NCBI GenBank assembly: GCA_964016885.1
Contig: OZ024766.1
Span: forward strand, 16,926,001 to 16,990,000
Direction: 5' to 3'
DNA length: 64,000 bases
Source of the DNA: Eledone cirrhosa
Taxonomy: Eukaryota
Positions 1 to 12,146 of this stretch are shown here, piece by piece. A program made the translations under genes and the position numbers. The notes below the pieces were generated by a model. The model was given only the letters and a program-made list of their open reading frames with translations, searched no databases and was not told where the DNA came from. Within the stretch, counting starts at the first letter, position 1. Each line of letters begins with the position of its first letter.

Positions 1-1797
1 AGGGGCTCAATGTGAGTGTACATCTTTTGGGGTCAGCCTGTATGAAGGGGCTCAATGTGAGTGTACATCTTTTGGAGACAGCCTGTATGAAGGGGCTCAA
101 TGTGAGTACATCTTTTGGGGTCAGCCTGTATGAAGGGGCTCAATGTGAGTGTACATCTTTAGGGGACAGCCTGTATGAAGGGGCTCAATGTGAGTACATC
201 TTTTGGGGACAGCCTGTATGAAGGGGCTCAATGTGAGTATACATCTTTAGGGGACAGCCTGTATGAAGGGGCTCAATGTGAGTGTACATCTTTTGGGGAC
301 AGCCTGTATGAAGGGGCTCAATGTGAGTGTACATCTTTTGGGGTCAGCCTGTATGAAGGGGCTCAATGTGAGTGTACATCTTTTGGGGACAGTCTGTATG
401 AAGGGGCTCAATGTGAGTGTACATCTTTTGGGGTCAGCCTGTATAAAGGGGCTCAATGTGAGTGTACATCTTTTGGGGACAGTCTGTATGAAGGGGCTCA
501 ATGTGAGTGTACATCTTTTGGGGTCAGCCTGTATGAAGGGGCTCAATGTGAGTGTACATCTTTTGGGGACAGCCTGTATAAAGGGGCTCAATGTTAGTGT
601 ACATCTTTTGGGGACAGCCTGTATGAAGGGGCTCAATGTGAGTGTACATCTTTTGGGGTCAGCCTGTATGAAGGGGCTCAATGTGAGTGTACATCTTTTG
701 GGGACAGCCTGTATGAAGGGGCTCAATGTGAGTGTACATCTTTTAGGGACAGCCTGTATGAAGGGGCTCAATGTGAGTGTACATCTTTTGGGGACAGCCT
801 GTATGAAGGGGCTCAATGTGAGTGTACACCTTTTGGCGACAGCCTGTATGAAGGGGCTCAATGTGAGTGTACATCTTTTGGGGACAGCCTGTATGAAGGG
901 GCTCAATGTGAGTGTACATCTTTTGGGGACAGCCTGTATGAAGGGGCTCAATGTGAGTGTACATCTTTTGGGGACAGCCTGTATGAAGGGGCTCAATGTG
1001 AGTGTACATCTTTTGGGGACAGCCTGTATGAAGGGGCTCAATGTGAGTGTACATCTTTTGGGGACAGCCTGTATGAAGGGGCTCAATGTGAGTGTACATC
1101 TTTTGGGGACAGCCTGTATGAAGGGGCTCAATGTGAGTGTACATCTTTTGGGGACAGCCTGTATGAAGGGGCTCAATGTGAGTGTACATCTTTTGGGGAC
1201 AGCCTGTATGAAGGGGCTCAATGTGAGTGTACATCTTTTGGGGACAGCCTGTATGAAGGGGCTCAATGTGAGTGTACATCTTTTGGGGTCAGCCTGTATG
1301 AAGGGGCTCAATGTGAGTGTACATCTTTTGGGGTCAGCCTGTATGAAGGGGCTCAATGTGAGTGTACATCTTTTGGGGACAGCCTGTATGAAGGGGCTCA
1401 ATGTGAGTACATCTTTTGGGGTCAGCCTGTATAAAGGGGCTCAATGTGAGTGTACATCTTTTGGGGTCAGCCTGTATGAAGGGGCTCAATGTGAGTGTAC
1501 ATCTTTTGAGGACAGCCTGTATGAAGGGGCTCATTGTGAGTGTACATCTTTTGGGGTCAGCCTGTATGAAGGGGCTCAATGTGAGTGTACATCTTTAGGG
1601 GACAGCCTGTATGAAGGGGCTCAATGTGAGTACATCTTTTGGGGACAGCCTGTATGAAGGGGCTCAATGTGAGTCTACATCTTTTGGGGTCAGCCTGTAC
1701 AGGTAATCAATGTGAGTGTACATCTTTTGGGGACAGCCTGTATGAAGGGGCTCAATGTGAGTGTACATCTTTTGGGGACAGCCTGTATGAAGGGGCT
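1..1797. repeat. 45-bp tandem minisatellite (~40 copies, runs off the window start); unit includes the first bases of the adjacent mariner TIR
   Basis: Unit aaggggctcaatgtgagtgtacatcttttggggacagcctgtatg repeated head-to-tail; the last copy runs into tatgaaggggcttgaaaaagtc. Confidence 0.97.
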
Positions 1798-2009
1798 TGA
1801 AAAAGTCTGTGGGAAAACGTAGATAGCTAAAAATCATTTGCAGGAATCTTGATCACTATGTACCAGAACATTCTCTTATTAATGTGTCATAGCATGTTCT
1901 AACTAGCACCCTTAAATACATGTTGCAACGTGGCATTGCCAGTCACAAGTAAGGACCGGCTCAAGCGACATGGACTCCACCAAAACATAAAATACACAGT
2001 GAGGCTAGG

Positions 2010-4800
2010 GTGGAAGGGCAGCTAAGTCGGTGACACCCTGGAGCAAGTTTAGGGGGACAAAGTCCCACAGAAATCAACAACCTACAGTGTATATACATTG
2101 CTTGGTTGTGGAAGGGCAGCTAAGTCAGTGATGCTCTGGAGCAAGTTTAGGGGGACAAAGTCCCACAGAAATCAACAACCTACAGTGTATATACATTGCT
2201 TGGTTGTGGAAGAGCAGCTAAGTCAGTGATGCTCTGGAGCAAGTTTAGGGGGACAAAGTCCCACAGAAATCAACAACCTACAGTGTATATACATTGCTTG
2301 GTTGTGGAAGAGCAGCTAAGCCAGTGACACCCTGCAGCAAGTTTAGGGGGACAAAGTCCCACAGAAATCAACAACCTACAGTGTATATACATTGCTTGGT
2401 TGTGGAAGAGCAGCTAAGTCAGTGACTCCCTGGAGCAAGTTTAGGGGGACAAAGTCCCACAGAAATCAACAACCTACAGTGTATATACATTGCTTGGTTG
2501 TGGAAGAGCAGCTAAGCCAGTGACACCCTGGAGCAAGTTTAGGGGGACAAAGTCCCACAGAAATCAACAACCTACAGTGTATATACATTGCTTGGTTGTG
2601 GAAGAGCAGCTAAGTCAGTGACTCCCTGGAGCAAGTTTAGGGGGACAAAGTCCCACAGAAATCAACAACCTACAGTGTATATACATTGCTTGGTTGTGGA
2701 AGAGCAGCTAAGCCAGTGACTCCCTGGAGCAAGTTTAGGGGGACAAAGTCCCACAGAAATCAACAACCTACAGTGTATATACATTGCTTGGTTGTGGAAG
2801 AGCAGCTAAGTCAGTGACTCCCTGGAGCAAGTTTAGGGGGGACAAAGTCCCACAGAAATCAACAACCTACAGTGTATATACATTGCTTGGTTGTGGAAGA
2901 GCAGCTAAGCCAGTGACTCCCTGGAGCAAGTTTAGGGGGGACAAAGTCCCACAGAAATCAACATTGCCTGGTTGTTGAAGCTAGGCTGAAAGGGCAGCTA
3001 AATCAGTGATGCTCTGGAGCAAGTTTAGGGGGACAAAGTCCCACAGAAATCAACATTGCCTGCTTGTTGAAGCTAGGCTGAAAGGGCAGCTAAATCAGTG
3101 ATGCTCTGGAGCAAGTTTAGGGGGACAAAGTCCCACAGAAATCAACATTGCCTGGTTGTTGAAGCTAGGCTGAAAGGGCAGCTAAATCAGTGATGCTCTG
3201 GAGCAAGTTTAGGGGGACAAAGTCCCACAGAAATCAACATTGCCTGGTTGTTGAAGCTAGGGTGAAAGAGCAGCTAAGTCAGTGATGCTCTGGAGCAAGT
3301 TTAGGGGGACAAAGTCCCACAGAAATCAACATTGCCTGGTTGTTGAAGCTAGGGTGAAAGAGCAGCTAAGTCAGTGATGCTCTGGAGCAAGTTTAGGGGG
3401 ACAAAGTCCCACAGAAATCAACATTGCCTGGTTGTTGAAGCTAGGCTGAAAGGGCAGCTAAATCAGTGATGCTCTGGAGCAAGTTTAGGGGGACAAAGTC
3501 CCACAGAAATCAACATTGCCTGGTTGTTGAAGCTAGGCTGAAAGGGCAGCTAAGTCAGTGATGCTCTGGAGCAAGTTTAGGGGGACAAAGTCCCACAGAA
3601 ATCAACATTGCCTGGTTGTTGAAGCTAGGATGAAAGAGCAGCTAAGTCAGTGATGCTCTGGAGCAAGTTTAGGGGGACAAAGTCCCACAGAAATCAACAT
3701 TGCCTGGTTGTTGAAGCTAGGCTGAAAGGGCAGCTAAATCAGTGATGCTCTGGAGCAAGTTTAGGGGGACAAAGTCCCACAGAAATCAACATTGCCTGGT
3801 TGTTGAAGATAGGATGAAAGAGCAGCTAAGTCAGTGATGCTCTGGAGCAAGTTTAGGGGGACAAAGTCCCACAGAAATCAACATTGCCTGGTTGTTGAAG
3901 CTAGGCTGAAAGGGCAGCTAAATCAGTGATGCTCTGGAGCAAGTTTAGGGGGACAAAGTCCCACAGAAATCAACATTGCCTGGTTGTTGAAGCTAGGCTG
4001 AAAGGGCAGCTAAATCAGTGATGCTCTGGAGCAAGTTTAGGGGGACAAAGTCCCACAGAAATCAACATTGCCTGGTTGTTGAAGCTAGGCTGAAAGGGCA
4101 GCTAAATCAGTGATGCTCTGGAGCAAGTTTAGGGGGACAAAGTCCCACAGAAATCAACATTGCCTGGTTGTTGAAGCTAGGCTGAAAGGGCAGCTAAGTC
4201 AGTGATGCTCTGGAGCAAGTTTAGGGGGACAAAGTCCCACAGAAATCAACATTGCCTGGTTGTTGAAGCTAGGCTGAAAGCGCAGCTAAATCAGTGATGC
4301 TCTGGAGCAAGTTTAGGGGGACAAAGTCCCACAGAAATCAACATTGCCTGGTTGTTGAAGCTAGGCTGAAAGGGCAGCTAAGCCAGTGACACCCTGGAGC
4401 AAGTTTAGGGGGACAAAGTCCCACAGAAATCAACATTGCCTGGTTGTTGAAGCTAGGCTGAAAGGGCAGCTAAGTCAGTGATGCTCTGGAGCAAGTTTAG
4501 GGGGACAAAGTCCCACAGAAATCAACATTGCCTGGTTGTTGAAGCTAGGGTGAAAGGGCAGCTAAATCAGTGATGCTCTGGAGCAAGTTTAGGGGGACAA
4601 AGTCCCACAGAAATCAACATTGCCTGGTTGTTGAAGCTAGGCTGAAAGGGCAGCTAAATCAGTGATGCTCTGGAGCAAGTTTAGGGGGACAAAGTCCCAC
4701 AGAAATCAACATTGCCTGGTTGTGGAAGCTAGGGTGGAAAGGCAGCTAAATCAGTGATGCTCTGGAGCAAGTTTAGGGGGACAAAGTCCCACAGAAATCA
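2010..4800 (+). repeat. Mariner-HTH-derived minisatellite: ~10 x 98-bp units followed by ~20 x 92-bp units
   Basis: Shared core gcagctaagtcagtgatgctctggagcaagtttagggggacaaagtcccacagaaatcaac; periods measured 2063->2161 and 3051->3143. Confidence 0.95.
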
Positions 4801-4889
4801 ACAACCTACAAATAGATAAGTTGTTTTAGAAGTGGAAGAGATGAGGTTTAAGATGATCCCCAGTTGAAGATGTAAAAATAAGCTGCTTT

Positions 4890-5620
4890 GACATGGTTTA
4901 AATCACACGGCCCTTAGTTTTACACAGATGGACTTAAAAGCTGGTATCAAGTCTTGTTTGACACGGTTTAAATCACATGGCCCTCAGTTTTACACAGATG
5001 GACTTAAAAGCTGGTATCAACTCTTGTTTGACATGGTTTAAATCACACGGCCCTCAGTTTTACACAGATGGACTTACAAGCTGGTATCAAGTCTTGTTTG
5101 ACACGGTTTAAATCACATGGCCCTCAGTTTTACACAGATGGACTTAAAAGCTGGTATCAACTCTTGTTTGACATGGTTTAAATCACACGGCCCTCAGTTT
5201 TACACAGATGGACTTAAAAGCTGGTATCAACTCTCGTTTGACATGGTTTAAATCACACGGCCCTCAGTTTTACACAGATGGACTTAAAAGCTAGTATCAA
5301 CTCTTGTTTGACATGGTTTAAATCACACGGCCCTCAGTTTTACACAGATGGACTTAAAAGCTAGTATCAACTCTTGTTTGACATGGTTTAAATCACACGG
5401 CCCTCAGTTTTACACAGATGGACTTAAAAGCTAGTATCAACTCTTGTCTGACATGGTTTAAATCACACGGCCCTTAGTTTTACACAGATGGACTTAAAAG
5501 CTGGTATCAAGTCTTGTTTGACATGGTTTAAATCACACGGCCCTCAGTTTTACACAGAACGACTTAAAAGCTGGTATCAAGTCTTGTCTGACATGGTTTA
5601 AATCACACGGCCCTCAATTT
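4890..5620 (+). repeat. 70-bp minisatellite from the mariner transposase C-terminus (~10 copies)
   Basis: Unit gacatggtttaaatcacacggccctcagttttacacagatggacttaaaagctggtatcaagtcttgttt. Confidence 0.95.
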
Positions 5621-5621
5621 T

Positions 5622-7110
5622 AAGCCTTTACTGTGACAATACAATAGTATATATAGAGTAATGTAAATGTTATGGGAGATATTATGTGAGGTAAAGCCTT
5701 TACTGTGACAATACAATAGTATATATAGAGTAATGTAAATGTTATGTGAGATATTATGTGAGGTAAAGCCTTTACTGTGACAATACAATAGTATATATAG
5801 AGTAATGTAAATGTTATGTGAGATATTATGTGAGGTAAAGCCTTTACTGTGACAATACAATAGTATATATAGAGTAATGTAAATGTTATGTGAGATATTA
5901 TGTGAGGTAAAGCCTTTACTGTGACAATACAATAGTATATATAGAGTAATGTAAATGTTATGTGAGATATTATGTGAGGTAAAGCCTTTACTGTGACAAT
6001 ACAATAGTATATATAGAGTAATGTAAATGTTATGTGAGATATTATGTGAGGTAAAGCCTTTACTGTGACAATACAATAGTATAAATAGAGTAATGTAAAT
6101 GTTATGTGAGATATTATGTGAGGTAAAGCCTTTACTGTGACAATACAATAGTATATATAGAGTAATGTAAATGTTATGTGAGGTAAAGACTTTACTGTGA
6201 CAATACAATAGTATATATAGAGTAATGTAAATGTTATGTGAGATATTATGTGAGGTAAAGCCTTTACTGTGACAATACAATAGTATATATAGAGTAATGT
6301 AAATGTTATGTGAGGTATTATGTGAGGTAAAGACTTTACTGTGACAATACAATAGTATATATAGAGTAATGTAAATGTTATGTGAGATATTATGTGAGGT
6401 AAAGCCTTTACTGTGACAATACAATAGTATATATAGAGTAATGTAAATGTTATGTGAGATATTATGTGAGGTAAAGCCTTCACTGTGACAATACAATAGT
6501 ATATATAGAGTAATGTAAATGTTATGTGAGATATTATGTGAGGTAAAGCCTTTACTGTGACAATACAATAGTATAAATAGAGTAATGTAAATGTTATGTG
6601 AGATATTATGTGAGGTAAAGCCTTTACTGTGACAATACAATAGTATATATAGAGTTATGTAAATGTTATGTGAGGTATTATGTGAGGTAAAGACTTTACT
6701 GTGACAATACAATAGTATATATAGAGTAATGTAAATGTTATGTGAGATATTATGTGAGGTAAAGCCTTTACTGTGACAATACAATAGTATATATAGAGTA
6801 ATGTAAATGTTATGTGAGATATTATGTGAGGTAAAGCCTTTACTGTGACAATACAATAGTATATATAGAGTAATGTAAATGTTATGTGAGATATTATGTG
6901 AGGTAAAGCCTTTACTGTGACAATACAATAGTATATATAGAGTAATGTAAATGTTATGTGAGATATTATGTGAGGTAAAGCCTTTACTGTGACAATACAA
7001 TAGTATATATAGAGTAATGTAAATGTTATGTGAGATATTATGTGAGGTAAAGCCTTTACTGTGACAATACAATAGTATATATAGAGTAATGTAAATGCTA
7101 AGGGGTTAAC
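5622..7110 (-). repeat. 72-bp satellite array ending in a piggyBac-like MITE terminus
   Basis: Unit tatgtgagatattatgtgaggtaaagcctttactgtgacaatacaatagtatatatagagtaatgtaaatgt; ends in aaatgctaagggg+ttaa. Confidence 0.93.
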
Positions 7111-7174
7111 ATGAGCCCTATGCTAAGGGTTTAATAAACTAACCATTACTATTTTTGTGATCCTGTCATTGCAG

Positions 7175-7314
7175 CCTTCCACGAAGTGTCGGTGTACCCT
7201 AAAAAGGAGTTGCCCTTTTTCATCCTATTCACAGCAGGGCTCTGCTCCTTCACAGCTCTCCTTGCTCTCCTCACACACCAATATCCTGAACCTATGGGGA
7301 CTGTTGCTAAAACG
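7175..7314 (+). CDS. ST7: ST7 (suppressor of tumorigenicity 7) penultimate coding exon
   Basis: ttgcag| ... |gtaagt; encodes [46 protein letters not shown], matching the conserved ST7 C-terminal TM region as I recall it ([38 protein letters not shown]). Confidence 0.95.
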
Positions 7315-7608
7315 GTAAGTGTCTGCGGTGGTGTGTCTGGTTGTGGTGGTGGTGATGTGTCTGTAGTGGCGGTGGTGTGTCTGGTGGTGGTGGTGGTGTG
7401 TCTGTGGTTGTGGTGGTGTCATTGGTGTCTATAGTGGCGGTGGTGTGTCTGGTGGTGGTGTGCCGGTTACGTTTGCTGCCTGCATACAACACGTCGTAAA
7501 GAGGGAGGAGTGGTCTGACTGCCTCATACCACTCCTCTCTGTTTAAGTCTGCTACCTAGGTGAATGTATGTCTGTGAGTGTGTATTTTTGTAAGTGTCTG
7601 TGTTTACA

Positions 7609-7651
<43 letters not shown>

Positions 7652-7655
<4 letters not shown>

Positions 7656-8388
7656 TCATCATCATTTTACGTCCGCTTTCCCCTGCTTGCAAGGGTGGGA
7701 CGGGTCCTATTCAGCACAGCATCTCTCCACTTGTCACGGTCCTTCATCCACTCCACCGTGAGCTTCAGCTATCTGAGGTTTGCTCTCACCACCTCCGCCC
7801 ATGTTTTTCGTGGTCTACCTCTACTGCGTCTTCCTTCAACTGGTGTTTCTTGGCACTTCTTTACCCAGGAGCATCCTCCATGGGCATCACATGTCCATAC
7901 CACCTTAGTCTTCTCTCCCCCACACTACAGCTTATTCCTCTTATACACAGTTTCTCTCTCAACGCATCACATGTCCATACCATCTCAGTCTTCTCTCCCA
8001 CACACCACAACTTATCCCTCTTATACACAGTTTCTCTCTCAACACATCACATGTCCATACCATCTCAGTCTTCTCTCCCACACACTACAACTTATCCCTC
8101 TTATACACAGTTTCTCTCTCAACACATCACATGTCCATACCATCTCAGTCTTCTCTCCCCCACACTACAGCTTATTCCTCTTATACACAGTTTCTCTCTC
8201 AACGCATCACATGTCCATACCATCTCAGTCTTCTCTCCCACACACCACAACTTATCCCTCTTATACACAGTTTCTCTCTCAACACATCACATGTCCATAC
8301 CATCTCAGTCTTCTCTCCCCCACACTACAGCTTATTCCTCTTATACCCAGTTTCTCTCTCAACACATCACATGTCCATACCATCTCAG
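7652..8388 (-). mobile_element. RTE-clade LINE 3' end with internally amplified 80-bp unit
   Basis: (gat)n tail, 3' end shared with 32800-33030; 80-bp unit encodes REKL.IRGISC.V.ERRLRWYGHVM. Confidence 0.88.
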
Positions 8389-8532
8389 TGCTTTGACGCA
8401 TTGAGTTACGGCCCTTGCCATTCTGAGTTCAAATCCCGCCGAGGTTAACTTTGCCTTTCATCCTTACGGGGTCGATAAAATAAAGTACCAGTAATAATTG
8501 CTGGCCTTGTGCCAAAAGTAGAAACAATTATT
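8389..8532 (+). mobile_element. tRNA-derived SINE (type B, Nin/Deu-like central domain), 5'-truncated
   Basis: B-box gagttcaaatc, then ttgcctttcatccttacggggtcgataaaataaagtaccag...ggccttgtgccaaaagtagaaacaattatt; recurs at 26700, 47133, 47337 and 48727. Confidence 0.8.
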
Positions 8533-8544
8533 TATTCAGATTAT

Positions 8545-10043
8545 GGAGGCACATGGCTTAGTGGTTAGAGCATTGGCCTTCCAATCGAAAGGTTGTGAGT
8601 TCAATTCTCAGACCGGGCGATGTGTTGTTTCCGTGGAGGTGCCACGGCAAAAAAGCACCCAGCACTCACTGTAAAGTGGTCGTGGAGGTGCCACAGCAAA
8701 AAAGCACCCAGCACTCACTGTAAAGTGGTCGTAGAGGTGCCACAGCAAATAAAAGCACCCAGCACTCACTGTAAAGTGGTCGTAGAGGTGCCACGGCAAA
8801 AAAAAAGCACCCAGCACTCACTGTAAAGTGGTCGTGGAGGTGCCACGGCAGATAAAAGCACCCAGCACTCACTGTAAAGTGGTCGTGGAGGTGCCACGGC
8901 AAAAAAAAAGCACCCAGCACTCACTGTAAAGTGGTCGTGGAGGTGCCATGGCAAAAAAGCACCCAGCACTCACTGTAAAGTGGTCGTGGAGGTGCCACGG
9001 CAAAAAAAAAGCACCCAGCACTCACTGTAAAGTGGTCGTGGAGGTGCCACGGCAAAAAAGCACCCAGCACTCACTGTAAAGTGGTCGTGGAGGTGCCACA
9101 GCAAAAAAGCACCCAGCACTCACTGTAAAGTGGTCGTAGAGGTGCCACGGCAAAAAAGCACCCAGCACTCACTGTAAAGTGGTTGTGGAGGTGCCACAGC
9201 AAAAAAGCACCCAGCACTCACTGTAAAGTGGTCGTGGAGGTGCCATGGCAAAAAAGCACCCAGCACTCACTGTAAAGTGGTCGTGGAGGTGCCACGGCAA
9301 AAAAGCACCCAGCACTCACTGTAAAGTGGTCGTGGAGGTGCCATGGCAAAAAAGCACCCAGCACTCACTGTAAAGTGGTCGTGGAGGTGCCACGGCAAAA
9401 AAGCACCCAGCACTCACTGTAAAGTGGTCGTAGAGGTGCCACGGCAAAAAAGCACCCAGCACTCACTGTAAAGTGGTCGTGGAGGTGCCACGGCAAAAAA
9501 GCACCCAGCACTCACTGTAAAGTGGTCGTGGAGGTGCCACGGCAAATAAAAGCACCCAGCACTCACTGTAAAGTGGTCGTGGAGGTGCCACGGCAAATAA
9601 AAGCACCCAGCACTCACTGTAAAGTGGTCGTGGAGGTGCCACAGCAAAAAAGCACCCAGCACTCACTGTAAAGTGGTCGTAGAGGTGCCACGGCAAAAAA
9701 GCACCCAGCACTCACTGTAAAGTGGTCGTAGAGGTGCCACGGCAAACAAAAAGCACCCAGCCCACACTGTAAAGTGGTCGTGGAGGTGCCACGGCAAAAA
9801 AGCACCCAGCCCACACTGTAAAGTGGTCGTGGAGGTGCCACGGCAAATAAAAGCACCCAGCACTCACTGTAAAGTGGTCATGGAGGTGCCACAGCAAAAA
9901 AAAGCACCCAGCACTCACTGTAAATGAGGTTGGTGTTAGGAAGGGCATCCAGCTGTAGAAATCAAGCCAGAATCAGTTCCCGTCCCACCCTTGCAAGCAG
10001 GGAAAAAAAGCGGACGTAAAATGAAATGATGATGATGATGATG
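8545..10043 (+). mobile_element. tRNA-derived SINE (type A) with ~26 x 49-bp internal array and RTE-type 3' tail
   Basis: A-box tggcttagtgg, B-box gagttcaattc; unit gtggaggtgccacggcaaaaaagcacccagcactcactgtaaagtggtc; tail cccacccttgcaagcaggg...ggacgtaaaatg(atg)n is shared with the RTE LINE. Confidence 0.88.
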
Positions 10044-10155
10044 AGTAATCCAACTTGTTTTACAAACGAGATAAAAATATATATTCTGGACGCAGTCCCG
10101 TGCTCCTTACTTTATTATAGTTAAGATTTGTTTGTCTGTTTGTCTCTTTCCGCAG

Positions 10156-10251
10156 GTCCTGGGCTGGATGTATCTTCCAATAAGCTGTCTCATAGAAAAC
10201 CTGGAAGCCATATTGCCATCAAACCTTCTACATCAGTTATCCAGGATATAA
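10156..10251 (+). CDS. ST7: ST7 terminal coding exon
   Basis: tctttccgcag| phase 0 matches the previous exon; VLGWMYLPISCLIENLEAILPSNLLHQLSRI* aligns to the vertebrate ST7 end (..EKVESILPSSLWHQLTRI*). Confidence 0.93.
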   Translation, partial: VLGWMYLPISCLIENLEAILPSNLLHQLSRI

Positions 10252-10399
10252 TCTCGCAACGGAAAAGCTGCTGTCATCCGCCTTCCACCATCTTCCACCG
10301 AGACCAACACCAACACCACCTTCTACATGAGTTATCCAGGATATAATCTCCGACCGGAAAAGCTGCTGTTATCCGCCTTCCACCATCTTCCACCAAGAC

Positions 10400-10996
10400 C
10401 ACATCCAACACCACCGACACTACCACCACCACCACCACACCAACAGCACCACGGACACCACCACCACCACATCAACACCACCACCACCACAACACCACCA
10501 ACACCACCACCAAAACTACCACCACCACCAACACATCACCACCACCACCAACACCAACACCACCACACCACCAACACTACCACCAACAACAACAACACCA
10601 CCACCACCCCACCACTACCACCAACACCACAACACCACCACCACAACACCATCACAACATCAACACCACCACCAACACTACCACCACCACCACATCAACA
10701 CCACCACCACATCAACACCACCACCACCAGCACCAGCACCACCACCAACACTACCACAACACCACCAACAACAACAACACCACCACCACCAACACCACAA
10801 CACCACCACACCACCAACACCACAACACCACCAACACTACCACCACCACCACATCAACACCACCACCAACACCACAACACCACCACAACATCAACACCAC
10901 CACCAACACTACCACCACCACCACCACATCAACACCACCAGCACCAGCACCACCACCAACACTACCACCACCAACAACAACAACACCACCACCACC
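10400..10996. repeat. Degenerate (CAC/CAA)n low-complexity tract
   Basis: Visible directly. Confidence 0.95.
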
Positions 10997-11031
10997 TTGT
11001 TGAATTACCAACAAACTGAATATCCCTTTTG

Positions 11032-11076
<45 letters not shown>

Positions 11077-11296
11077 TTAATATAGATGAGATTCTACAGG
11101 ACTAGAACTGTTTCATTCTTTAGAAATCATCAGGAATCAGACTATTTATGGTTATGTAAATACAAAAACCTTTTTGCAGTTATATGTATTTTTTATACAA
11201 ATGCTGTAATGAATGTTGACCCACAATATTTGCATATGTATCGGTATGTCTCTTGGCTGAAAAGGAGGTCATATAACTGTCCATTCATTAATAAAT

Positions 11297-11343
11297 TGCT
11301 CTGAAGAATCCAAACCTCAGTTTGGAGGAAACAGCTGTAAGCA
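11297..11343 (+). ncRNA. Minimal type I hammerhead ribozyme motif (predicted GUA cleavage after 11339)
   Basis: tgct-CTGAAGA-a-TCCAAAC-ctca-GTTTGGA-g-GAA-ACAGCTGT-A-agca: intact core, 7-bp helix II, perfect palindromic helix III, 4-bp helix I. Confidence 0.7.
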
Positions 11344-11699
11344 CAAAAATGTTTTGAACAGTTCTTTGATTCTTATATTTCATATGTATATATATATATA
11401 TGTGTGTGTATGTATGTATAAGGGATAACAAAATATCATTATAGGTAATACAGTTAGAGGTTGTGAATACTTCTTATTATGGATAGTTTTAGCGTACGCC
11501 ATTGTTTGACTCAACGAGGTTTATGTAGGTGACAAGTTTATGAGTTCTCTTGTATTCATATGTAAGTTTATCTTGGAGTAATAATATTGAAAGTCAACAG
11601 TACAAAAAAGGGGTTTTATTTACAGTCTTAACAATTGTTTCACTGATTAAGTTGTCTAAAAATTGCTGAACACTTCGAGCCGTGTCACTCAATTTTAAA

Positions 11700-11845
11700 T
11701 ACGTAAGATGACCTGGGATGAGGTGATAAAAGCCGACCTTACCCAATTACACCTCTCAAAGGCGATGACACACGACCGTGACCTCTGGCGTCACGCAGTA
11801 ATACAGAGTACCCGATCTCCCACGAGTACAAGCCGATGCTGAAGC
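11700..11845 (+). mobile_element. Diverged RTE LINE 3' ORF fragment
   Basis: Translates to TWDEVIKADL..L.LSKAMTHDRDLWRHAV, homologous to the RTE ends elsewhere in the window. Confidence 0.65.
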
Positions 11846-11865
11846 ATATAGACAATATGCCCCCA

Positions 11866-12146
11866 CACCCTCTCACTGCAAAGTGGTCGTGGAGGTGCCA
11901 CGGCAAAAAAGCACCCAGCCCTCACTGTAAAGTGGACGTGTAGGCGCCACAGTAAAAAAGCATCCAGCCCACACTGTAAAGTGGACATGTAGACACCGCG
12001 GAAAAAAAGCACCCAGCCCTCACTGTAAATGAGGTTGGTGTTAGGAAGGGCGTCCAGCTGTAGAAATCAAGCCACAATCAGTTCCCGTACCACCCTTGCA
12101 AGCAGGGAAAAAGCGGACATGAAATGAAATGATGATGAATGATGAT
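11866..12146 (+). mobile_element. Type A SINE 3' portion (about 3 units plus RTE tail)
   Basis: Same 49-bp unit and tail as 8545-10043. Confidence 0.85.

Larger units (their letters stand above)
1786..5620 (+). mobile_element. Internally deleted mariner (Tc1/mariner) derivative with internally amplified segments
   Basis: TA + gaaggggcttgaaaaagtctgtggg TIR-like start; degenerate transposase N-terminal HTH (LG.K.S..SDALEQV.GDKVPQKSTTYK.ISCFRSGRDEV.DDP) fused directly to C-terminal WFKSHGPQFYTDGLKSWYQ. Confidence 0.75.

Noticed and set aside
12-1657. Long ORFs over the 45-bp array, and a GTGAGT donor-like motif in each unit
   Set aside because: The ORFs arise from a stop-free unit divisible by 3; no ST7-like coding sequence precedes the motif, so there is no evidence it is a used donor.
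8545-8620. tRNA-like sequence with A and B boxes (also at 47669 and 49481)
   Set aside because: Continues into SINE body and tail with no proper acceptor stem; SINE head rather than a tRNA gene.
11622-11686. Minus-strand GAAACAATTGT palindromic helix III-like motif
   Set aside because: No intact CTGANGA (reads ctcgaagt) and no convincing helix II; at most a decayed relic.
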